A stretch of DNA of 63,312 nt, filler included, from Octopus bimaculoides (lineage: Eukaryota): the NCBI RefSeq assembly GCF_001194135.2. It is 4 parts of 4 records of this genome, joined end to end, with 100 filler letters (N's around TTAATTAATTAA, not from the genome) between each part and the next. Parts side by side here need not be neighbours in the genome. Positions count along the whole stretch, not along the records: positions 1 to 30,312 come from NC_068986.1; 3 more parts are not named here. One strand, given 5' to 3'. The notes below the pieces were generated by a model. That model searched no databases, was not told where the DNA came from, and worked only from the letters and a program-made list of their open reading frames with translations. Position 1 is the stretch's first letter. Each line of letters starts with the position of its first letter. This document shows positions 1 through 10,423 of the stretch, piece after piece. The translations under genes were made by a program, and so were the position numbers.

Positions 1-36
<36 letters not shown>

Positions 37-320
37 ATGTGTGTGTGTGTGCGTATGTGTATGTATGTATGTGTGTGTTTGTGTGTGAATGTGAGTGTGT
101 GTATGTGAGTGTATGTTTGTGTGTCTGTGTGTGTCCCCCCGCCATCGCCTGACATTGCCCATGTTGTTGTGTTCACGTCCCCGTAACTTTGCGGTTCGAC
201 AAAAGATACAGGTGGAATAATTACTAGGCTTACAAAGAATAAGTCCTGGGATCGATGTGTTCGACTAAAAACGGTGCTCCAGCATGGCTGCAGTGAAATG
301 ACTGAAACAAATAAAAGAAT
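1..320 (+). mobile_element. SINE family A, 3' half (internal (TA)/(GT)n tract 1-135, central domain, CR1-like tail)
   Basis: 136-320 matches the minus-strand copies at 19203, 22921 and 54955 (cacgtccccgtaactt..cggttcg..aaaaga..ctaggcttacaaagaataagtcctggg..cgactaaa..cggtgctccagcatgg..cagt.aaatgactgaaac, ending aaaagaat). Confidence 0.9.
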
Positions 321-404
321 ATATAGATCAATATTTAAAAGATGAAGAATTATGTACACTATTTACATTTACAAGATATATTTGTCTTCATCTTGTTTGT
401 TGTT

Positions 405-450
405 AACACAACGTTTCGACTGATATACACTGCAGACTTCATCAGTTGTC
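405..450 (-). ncRNA. Minimal type I hammerhead ribozyme motif (degenerate copy)
   Basis: Minus strand: gacaa-CTGATGA-a-gtctg-cagtgtatat-cagtc-GAAA-CG-TT-gtgtt. Core CUGAUGA 445-439; stem II 437-433/422-418 (4 of 5 pairs); GAAA; loop-less palindromic stem III AACGUU; stem I 450-446/409-405 (A.G mismatch next to the core). Predicted cleavage between 410 and 409. Confidence 0.7.
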
Positions 451-530
451 TTGGGAAAATGTCTAACATGGGTTCACATTCCGAATGTCTATTTCGATAT
501 TATCGTTTTTATTATGCTTATTTTTATTCA

Positions 531-602
531 GGTCACTGCCTGGCTTGAACTCGAAATATTGGGGTTAGTAGCCCACGCTCTTAACCACTATGCCATATGC
601 GC
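531..602 (-). promoter_or_regulatory. tRNA-like Pol III internal promoter (tRNA-Ser(GCT)-like), not an intact tRNA
   Basis: Minus strand TGGCATAGTGG A box (595-585), CT-ACT-AA anticodon-like loop (571-565), GAGTTCAAGCC B box (552-542). Acceptor and T stems do not pair. Confidence 0.7.
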
Positions 603-1444
603 GTGGTTAATTATGGAGTGAATTTTAGGGCTTATGAATCTAACATTTTCCTATCCTTCCTTAATACCGGTTCCCAAATGCTACTCATATCTGCACTCGG
701 TCTGCTAGGGGGTTGTTGTGTAGAAGATCGTGGAATTATATAATCACGATAATTTCTACCAGCCTTGTTATTTGCACGGAACAAATTCGCTTAACTGTAT
801 GCATTAATACAAAATATATAGCACTGGTTTACTTTTCCCATTAAATATTTTGGTGTCACATTTTGATTGAAATCGTGTCAGTTGAAACTCGAGAATACGA
901 TATGTGTTCTAAGATACGGAGCTAACAACCCACATGTACTGAGCGGTGAATTCATACTTGAGGTGACAAGGTGCGGAAGATTTATTCAACAGGATAGGTG
1001 GTCTAATTCAGTTCAGTATAGACGATCGAAAACAGCGGTAATGTAGCTTTTAATAGGGCGTTGCAACTAAGTACTTACCTGTCAGAGAGTAAGTGAAGTG
1101 AGTAACATAGAATAAATAAATAGCAGAAATTTTGAGAACATCATGTGTACTGATGATTTTCCCCTGTTGACAGGAAGAATTTTTAACTAAATAGCCGTGA
1201 ACTTATTGATATTACACTCTTTGCAGTGTATTACTATGTGATATGTGGCGTGTCTACTATAAGAGCTGTTTGTGATTGCCATAAAATTCTATGAATTCAA
1301 GTATTGCATATTAAATTTACACACACATTAACACACATATACGCACGCACACACAGTGTCACATATATATAGATATATAGCTACATTTATATGCATTTAT
1401 GAATATACATGTGTATGTGTGTGTATACATATACATACGTACAT

Positions 1445-1454
1445 ATATACATAT

Positions 1455-1509
<55 letters not shown>

Positions 1510-1594
1510 CACATACACACACCGGCAAAAAACTAAATATACATATACAAAGAGAGGGAGAGATAGATAGCCAGGTAGATAGAGAGTGTGTGTG

Positions 1595-1645
<51 letters not shown>
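1445..1645. repeat. (TA)n, (CA)n and (GA)n microsatellite cluster
   Basis: Visible dinucleotide runs. Confidence 0.95.
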
Positions 1646-1649
<4 letters not shown>

Positions 1650-1924
1650 CAGACAGAAGGAGAGGTGGGAGGAAGGGAGAAATCAAGTTAAACTATCATA
1701 TTTTTGTGACAAAGCAACTGGGAAAATTAATACAAAGATTACGAAGTACGAGCCAAATTAATATGAACACAAATTAGGGTACAAAGTAAAAGCACTATGA
1801 AAAATATTGGTGCCAACAGATTGATTATAAGAGAATTCAATTTTCAACCAACAAGACGCGTACATATATAGAGCACATGAGCAACAGCACTTTCATTATC
1901 TGCAAAGTTATTACATATTTTGAA

Positions 1925-1984
1925 TGCAAAAACGACACAATGCAAAAACGACACAATGCAAAAACGACACAATACAAAAACGGT
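1925..1984 (+). repeat. 16-bp minisatellite (tgcaaaaacgacacaa), ~3.7 copies
   Basis: Exact units at 1925, 1941 and 1957; degenerate unit at 1973. Confidence 0.95.
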
Positions 1985-3793
1985 GCAAAATACACATAGT
2001 GCCTGTAACAAATACGCATATTGTTTTTTTTTTCCGTTATGCAATAAAAGGAAGTAATGTGACTACTATTGAATTATACAGATCATATTCTTTATCAAAA
2101 GTGGAAAGTACACAATCTGCAAATTCGGTTCAAAATATGTAGCTAATTAATATTGCTTCAGATGATATCGTTTTGTTCATTATCATTAGAATTACGTTTC
2201 CAATCCTTGATATATTCGTTGAGTAATCTTTTCGTACACTGCTCATAGTTTTCTTGAACTGTTTTAATTAATAGCAATGATTTATATTTTCATGCCATGG
2301 AAATTTCAAAGCGATAGATTTACTTAACATCCTCAAACAATTTAGTAATACGGGAGCTTTATGGCATACCTATCTAAACAAACTTGGCAAAAACTATGTT
2401 TATAACAGCTCCTTGAAATCACCGAGTAAAATATTGCTTAAAAAGATTTTGCTATAAAGCTCAATGTGTAATACTCAATGAATCAGTCAAAATGCTATGT
2501 TGTTTAGAAAGAAATATGCATATCATTACTTGTGTTTTTGTTTTGAAGAAACAAGTCTTCTGAATTATATGAATAGAGCGAAGTTATTTCAAATAAATAT
2601 TCCTGACTAAACAGATAACCAGACCATTCTCTAAAGAAAACCTAAGAACTGCTGAAGTAGTATGTGATTGTTTTTTCAAAATAAAAAAAATTACTGTCCT
2701 TTCACTCCACGTATATCCAAATAAAAACAAGTGAACACAGACACTAAAACGCTATGAGATATCATCTGATATGCAACCGATTACGGCGACTATTTCTTTT
2801 GTACTGTCACTGAGAAAGAAAACTTAATACTACAATGATAGAATAGTATTTAAATAATGTTATATATCATTAAAAACATGCCAACTCCAACGAAGTTACG
2901 AAGCCTAATGAATGTCTATGTACAATGAAACAACTGGCAAAAATACTAAATGTTGCATTAGATTTTCCTGAGATAAAAATAAGAATGTAGAAGATGCAAT
3001 AATGTCTTTCAGAATATTTGTAAGAAGATTGAATTGATTAAGTAAAATCGAATAGAGTATATAAATGTATGTGTTTGTGTGATATTATTTTTTTTTTTTA
3101 AAACGTCAAACATACCTGTTCATGATATAAGGAAGGGAAAAGTTCAGTAGCTGTCACCAGAAAAATATGTATGTCTGGTCACCTTATTATATGACCAGAT
3201 TAAGATTTGTGAAATGAATTTTGGCGACACAAATGTGGACGATTCTTGAGATTAGAGCGATGTTCCTGCTGCAGCTTTTCCATTCGTAATTAAAAACATT
3301 AATTTCATTTTATGCTTGCATTCAACTTCGACTCCCTAGTTCGCATTTAAAAATTTCAGTCACTTCTTGAACATCCAATTCAATAAAATATATACGTTTG
3401 ATATTGTTATTTAGACACATGTCCAAAAGTAAATATTATTACACCCACGATTTTCAGATTCAGTAATTATAGAAACGTATTAACCTGTTTAACTTTCCAA
3501 TAAAGTGACATCATGTAGATCGACAGAGAAAACTGGCTACCAACAAGAAGGTTCATGACTGGTCATCTTATATGGCTTTCTTTTTGAAGAGGCACAAAGT
3601 TCCAGAGCGGTTAATTATTTTAGTATAGCAGTAAGATTCCAATCGTAAATATAACTGATATGTTCATTGCAGAATTGAAATATGTAAATTACATTCGTTA
3701 CGTTTGCTTCATAAACCAAACAAATAAAAATGGTCTCAAAATTAGCAACAAACGGCTTGGTAAAAAGATGAAATGCTAGAAATAGCAATCTAA

Positions 3794-3830
<37 letters not shown>

Positions 3831-4696
3831 NNNNNNNNNNNNNNNNNNNNNNNNNNNNNNNNNNNNNNNNNNNNNNNNNNNNNNNNNNNNNNNNNNNNNN
3901 NNNNNNNNNNNNNNNNNNNNNNNNNNNNNNNNNNNNNNNNNNNNNNNNNNNNNNNNNNNNNNNNNNNNNNNNNNNNNNNNNNNNNNNNNNNNNNNNNNNN
4001 NNNNNNNNNNNNNNNNNNNNNNNNNNNNNNNNNNNNNNNNNNNNNNNNNNNNNNNATATATACCTATATATTCATATATATAAATAAACACATATATTCA
4101 GTATATACATACACACACACACATATGCATATATACAAACACATATGTATATATATACGCACACATGTATATATGCTATATAAATGTATAGCCGTGTTTT
4201 AACATGTTCACAAAAACGAAATTTATATTTATTTATATATGTACATTTGTATGTCTATATATGTGGTTGTATATGCATTTGTGCGCTAATGTATTCGATG
4301 AGAAATGAAAAAAAAAATGAAACAAATATACAAAATGGACTCTTTCTGTTTTACTTCAAAACCAGAGATGTAAATTACAAATATGACAATAAACGTCAAT
4401 CTATACGGAGACACCATAATTTAATATAGGTTTTTAATCAAATATAAGTTATATAGTATTGCCTTATTGGCGCCTTTAAAACAAGTTACTTAACAACTTA
4501 CCAGAAGTCCAGAAAATACATCATTATTTTCTTGCCAACTTTTACAAGTTTGCGATTTAATATCTTATAACATGAATATTGCCCGTAATTAAAGTGGTTC
4601 AATGAACTGTCTTCCTTTCATATAACACTACTTGCGCTAAATTTAATGGTGCCTATTTTACATACACAGACACGCGCACATGAGGAAACATGTACG

Positions 4697-4760
<64 letters not shown>

Positions 4761-7514
4761 CAAAATTTTTCGTTAGTATATGTGTGTGTGTCTGGTCTGT
4801 GAGTATATGTATATGCATATATACATGTTTATATTCATACACACACATTCACATTCACAAAATAACACGCACACTCAAACACTAACGTATGCATTGCTGT
4901 GTATGTATGTGTGTGTGTGTGTGTGGTTCTGTGTGTGTTTATACATTAACATCTCCGGGAGGAGTTGAGATATTCCATCTAATGTAACATAGAAAACGTT
5001 TCTAATTTAGTCGACCTCAAAATCCAATGGATGTTTGCCGTTTCGTTACGTGAAAATTCATGTTCTTTTTGTTCGGCTATCATAATTTAATAAAATTACA
5101 AACTACTGTGAGCTATCTTCTCGGAAGGCAATACAGATCTTTCTAATGAAACAGCAAAATAACAAATTCTACTGGATTGATAGGAAATTAACCACGGTCG
5201 GATACGATAAGGATGTGACACGAAATATATTGGAAAATTTAGGATTAAATGCAAAATACAGGGAATTAGTAAAATGAAGGGGATAGACTATCGGACTGTT
5301 GTTTCTATGTGTTTTTCTTTGAGAAATGGAAATCAAGCGTAGTTCCTAAAATGTCATGTCTTTCGGAAACTATACCTGGAATAGTTGCAAATTTATGATT
5401 TTTCGCCGAGGTGAGGTATCAACAGAGTGGACGTTTTTTTACTAATGAATGCTACCTACAAATACATTTATTGAATAGTTAATGTAGAATATGAACGATA
5501 CAGTAGAGAGACAATCTTTCGGAAGTAAATACGAATTTGGCTATATCATGTTCTGTAAATATACAGTACAGATATCGCACAGTCCCTAACATAGTCTGTC
5601 CTAGGACTCAAAATATAATGCAAACTCTAATGATCATAATGTTAAGTATTTCCATATTTGTGCGTAGACAACGTATAAGACATCAGTATTACGTAGTTTT
5701 AGTTTAATCTGTTTACATAGATATAAAGTAGTTTATAATGGTGTGTAGACAGCATATTCATATCTGTTGCTGGTGAAACATGTAACCTACAGTTCATTGG
5801 TTTATTTTAGCACACGCTACTTAGTATGCCTTTTTAGCAATACGTTTCGTAGAATAGAAATTCTTAGTGAATTAAATCCAAAAGTTAACCCGCATTCACA
5901 CACAAAAAAGGGCGCGTGCACCCAAATACAAACATACACAGACAGTGCGCTCACATACACGCATGTACACACACATACACACACACACACACACACACAT
6001 ACACACACATACACACACACATGTACACGATGTCTTCTCATAGGGATAATATTCCTCTTCTGCCAGCCAGTGACGTCATCGAGAACATTAAACCAGCAAA
6101 GAACAATACTTAAAATCTGTTAAATTCACCATATAAATAAGTTGCATATTGTATACACTTCCATCTGCCGTCTCATGCTTATGAATGTGTACTTGTGGCA
6201 AGAGAAGCTGTCAGTTCTTTTGATTATAGAGGGGTATTTCGACAAAGAAGACTTGGATGGTTTACGCGGTGCAATCGTTGCAATAGTTACATGTTTCAGT
6301 ATTTCGATAGAGTGTTCTCAAGCTCTTCATTTTTCATGCAGATTTATCATGGAATTCCTTGATGTACGACAATTGTGACTATTGGTTGGATGAATTACGG
6401 ACTTTGGTGTGTGACATTGGGTGTTAAAACTCTGAAATTCTCTGATGTCATAACTATTTATGCTTTTCGCCAAATACTGTGTTTGCAGAGATCATTGGTG
6501 GACCGTGTCCGTGATTTGGTATAACACTTGTTTTAGAAGGGAACGGCATGCAATGACAAATTCAATACTCAAAATTTTGATTGAAAAATCAATTTTAACG
6601 TAATTACCCGAAGCATTATTAACCCCGTATATCAATCGCGGTATTATTAGCTGAAAATAACAAGCGACATGTCACACTTTAATGCAGATATTGACAGAAA
6701 TAGTTCCTTTGACTGTACTGTGGCAAATGATATAAATATATCAGTAAGAAACGAAAACCATCAAGCAGTGATCGTCAGAATGCAAATGGCGCATTTCTGC
6801 ACTTTTTTTTTACACGGTCTTTGCCGTAAATATACCCGTACAAGCATGCATCGTCAGTATGGTAATCTCTGCTTCTGGTGATGTGGCTAACTGTTTAAAT
6901 GTTCCATTTTTCTAAACGTACGGCTTTAATGATTTTTTTGTTAACTGATAATGAATTATGTTTACAACATTAGAACTGTTAATGAAGATCATAACGAAAT
7001 GTTATGAAGATTGTGACCATGATCATGGTCATCATTTTCATTATCATAAGGAGTCTTATCTTATTCTTTGTGATGAGGTGGCTATCATCGTAACTATTAG
7101 GTAATGCTTTATTTAAATGAAGGCTAAACTTGATCATAAAGAGATTTAAAAAAAAAATAAACACTGTATTGATTCAGCAAATATTGTCAAATTTTGGAAG
7201 CAGTGGTATTACCTAGATGATGCAGTATGCGAACGAATATTTCGTTATTAATTACAGAGTAACTAGGAAATGAAGACAAAACACATTGCATCAAGAGAAA
7301 ATTCAAGAATGCAATGTAGAATCTTATAGTTCATTAAATTATACATATACACATACACAGAAACATTTATGCATGTAAGTAGTATGCATTTAAGTAGTGT
7401 GCGTGTACTTTGAGAGATTAAGCATGTAACAATGTGGTCTTAATCATTCACATATAAAGCAGAGTACTCTTACCTGAATCTGTTACTGTATGATTAATTT
7501 CAGTGTCTAGTTAA

Positions 7515-7516
<2 letters not shown>

Positions 7517-7548
<32 letters not shown>

Positions 7549-7549
7549 A

Positions 7550-7608
<59 letters not shown>

Positions 7609-7614
7609 TTATCC

Positions 7615-7661
<47 letters not shown>

Positions 7662-7697
7662 CATACATCCATCTATCTATCTATCTATCTATCTATA

Positions 7698-7753
<56 letters not shown>

Positions 7754-7754
7754 C

Positions 7755-7786
<32 letters not shown>
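7517..7786. repeat. (ATCT)n tetranucleotide microsatellite, ~270 bp
   Basis: Long near-pure atct run. Confidence 0.98.
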
Positions 7787-7787
<1 letters not shown>

Positions 7788-7837
7788 ACACACACACATA
7801 TCTACACACGCACTCATGCCCACACATATATCAACAT

Positions 7838-7935
7838 GCAACTTGCTTACCAACCAAATGGTTCCAGTTTCAGACCCACTGCGTGGCACCTGTCAGTGGA
7901 TTTGGTAGACGGAAACTGAAAGAAATCCCTTATAT
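7838..7935 (+). mobile_element. SINE family A 5' part with ~43-bp internal deletion
   Basis: cttgcttaccaaccaaatggttcc..ttcagacccactgcgtggcacct|gtcagtggatttggtagacggaaactgaaagaa, followed by (TA)n and a gap. Confidence 0.85.
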
Positions 7936-8748
7936 ATATGTATATATATATATATNNNNNNNNNNNNNNNNNNNNNNNNNNNNNNNNNNNNNNNNNNNNN
8001 NNNNNNNNNNNNNNNNNNNNNNNNNNNNNNNNNNNNNNNNATTAGGGACACAATCCAAAATTACAGGTAAAAAACTCAATTAAAATCAATTTATAAAAAA
8101 TTAAAATTAAATTGAGTCTTATAGATAAAGTATATATAAAATATATATATATATTTAAAGAAAATATTTCTTCCAACGATCACCGTGTTCCTCTCGTTCT
8201 GTTCTAACGTCCCTCCATGTTTTTTTTTCGTCCGGTTTCCCTCTATGAGAACAATTGTCTTTGAAAACTTATATTTTCGTTGAATGCTCGAAAGGAGGAG
8301 CAGATAGAGAGCCGACAATTGATGATGGGTCGTTCTTTGTGTTTATTGGTCCTTTTCCCTTTATCTCTCCTCGTTTTTTGCGTATTTGACTCGTTTTTCA
8401 CACTTCGTTGCATATATCTATATCTGTCTGTATGTCTGTCTGTCTGATTGCCTGCCTGTCTGTGTGTCTCTCTCTATCTCTTTCTATCCATCGAAAATTA
8501 ATATAACTTAGTTATTGTTTCGACCAAAGATTAGATTGATGCAGGCCATGTCTAACTTAATAGTGCCACCTGATAGGATTATCTAAATCCTTATATATGT
8601 CATGTTTTCTGGTATCATGGTCCACTCGAGTAGGGAGTCCAGTGAGTTGTGCCCAGGTATAAGTAGCTTAACTACTATTCCTTGAAAATATTTGTCAAGA
8701 TTCCGTTTAAAGGAAATGGGCTCCTTAAGAAAAAGAAATTGTGCTGCA

Positions 8749-9029
8749 GTGTATTTATGTGTTACGGTGTATTTATGTGTTACCGTGTATTTATGTGTTA
8801 CCGTGTATTTATGTGTTACAGTGTATTTATGTGTTACGGTGTATATATGTGTTACAGTGTATTTATGTGTTACGGTGTATTTATGTGTTACAGTGCATTT
8901 ATGTGTTACGGTGTATATATGTGTTACAGTGTATTTATGTGTTACGGTGTATATATGTGTTACAGTGTATTTATGTGTTACGGTGTATTTACGTGTTACG
9001 GTGTATTTATGTGTTACCGTGTATTTATG
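8749..9029 (+). repeat. 18-bp minisatellite (gtgtatttatgtgttacN), ~15.6 copies
   Basis: Regular 18-bp period; variants at the last base (g/c/a) and tttat/tatat. Confidence 0.98.
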
Positions 9030-9869
9030 ATTTTAGATTGGATAGTGGACGGATGGCCTGTGATGAATTTTGATGTTAATATTGAGGTCGGTTGTGCAGT
9101 GCAGTGCTGGTGGTATATTCTCCACATCGTGTAAATGACGTATCGCTCACGGCTGCACTGGCGCGGATAGAGTGTCAGTCCTTTAAGGTGATCCCACTAA
9201 TTGAGATCAGTTATATATAAATATATATATATATATANNNNNNNNNNNNNNNNNNNNNNNNNNNNNNNNNNNNNNNNNNNNNNNNNNNNNNNNNNNNNNN
9301 NNNNNNNNNNNNNNNNNNNNNNNNNNNNNNNNNNNNNNNNNNNNNNNNNNNNNNNNNNNNNNNNNNNNNNNNNNNNNNNNNNNNNNNNNNNNNNNNNNNN
9401 NNNNNNNNNNNNNNNNNNNNNNNNNNNNNNNNNNNNNNNNNNNNNNNNNNNNNNNNNNNNNNNNNNNNNNNNNNNNNNNNNNNNNNNNNNNNNNNNNNNN
9501 NNNNNNNNNNNNNNNNNNNNNNNNNNNNNNNNNNNNNNNNNNNNNNNNNNNNNNNNNNNNNNNNNNNNNNNNNNNNNNNNNNNNNNNNNNNNNNNNNNNN
9601 NNNNNNNNNNNNNNNNNNNNNNNNNNNNNNNNNNNNNNNNNNNNNNNNNNNNNNNNNNNNNNNNNNNNNNNNNNNNNNNNNNNNNNNNNNNNNNNNNNNN
9701 NNNNNNNNNNNNNNNNNNNNNNNNNNNNNNNNNNNNNNNNNNNNNNNNNNNNNNNNNNNNNNNNNNNNNNNNNNNNNNNNNNNNNNNNNNNNNNNNNNNN
9801 NNNNNNNNNNNNNNNNNNNNNNNNNNNNNNNNNNNNNNNNNNNNNNNNNNNNNNNNNNNNNNNNNNNNN

Positions 9870-9990
9870 AGTGTAGTATATTGCCACTTAAGTGTGGCTG
9901 ACCCCTAGGGGTGGATGTTTCTGTTGCTAAAAGCAACAGTAACATCCACCCCTAGGGGCCAGCCACACTTAAGTGGCAATATACTACACT
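9870..9990. repeat. 121-nt near-perfect inverted repeat (59-bp arms, 3-nt loop)
   Basis: 9870-9928 is the reverse complement of 9932-9990 except at 9901/9959 (A.C) and 9920/9940 (T.T). Confidence 0.97.
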
Positions 9991-10036
9991 TTATCGTGCA
10001 GTTACTGTTAATACTTCATTTAGAGAATTAACATTG

Positions 10037-10077
<41 letters not shown>

Positions 10078-10291
10078 AAGTGTATCTACATATATTTGCG
10101 TTTGAGGTTATACGTATCTGTACATTCGTAATTTAAAGCAATCACATATGTACACGCAGGCATCTCTTTCTTTCTCATTGTCTATCAAGCTGAATGCATA
10201 CATACACATGCATGCACACATACACACGTACGTACGTACATACATACATGATTACATACATATATACATGCACATATACACATGTTTACAC

Positions 10292-10350
<59 letters not shown>

Positions 10351-10373
10351 NNNNNNNNNNNNNNNNNNNNNNN

Positions 10374-10423
<50 letters not shown>

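Larger units (their letters stand above)
341..790 (-). mobile_element. Penelope-like element 3' end / pseudo-LTR fragment with tRNA-like segment and hammerhead motif
   Basis: Minus strand reads ...PSADMSSIWEPVLRKDRKMLDS* (stop 634-632), resembling the S-x-I-W-x-P-L-L C-terminus of PLE GIY-YIG ORFs. It is followed by tRNA-like A/B boxes and a CTGATGA...GAAACGTT core, the hallmark of PLE pLTRs. Element boundaries are approximate. Confidence 0.6.

Noticed and set aside
531-602. Functional tRNA gene
   Set aside because: Acceptor and T stems do not pair and anticodon ACT is atypical; treated as a Pol III promoter module. The same applies to 50081-50150 and the SINE heads.
6071-6078. Full CRE palindrome TGACGTCA
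   Set aside because: A single 8-mer with no other promoter evidence; about one is expected by chance.
7474-7506. Minus-strand donor CAG|gtaaga at 7474 and similar isolated donors at 26293 and 36995
   Set aside because: No pyrimidine-rich acceptor upstream or no open frame; such 6-8-mers are expected by chance in 60 kb.
8682-9134. 150-aa, 112-aa and 110-aa Cys-rich repeat ORFs (CYGVFM, CVTVYL)
   Set aside because: Three overlapping frames of the 18-bp minisatellite, open only because the unit lacks stops.
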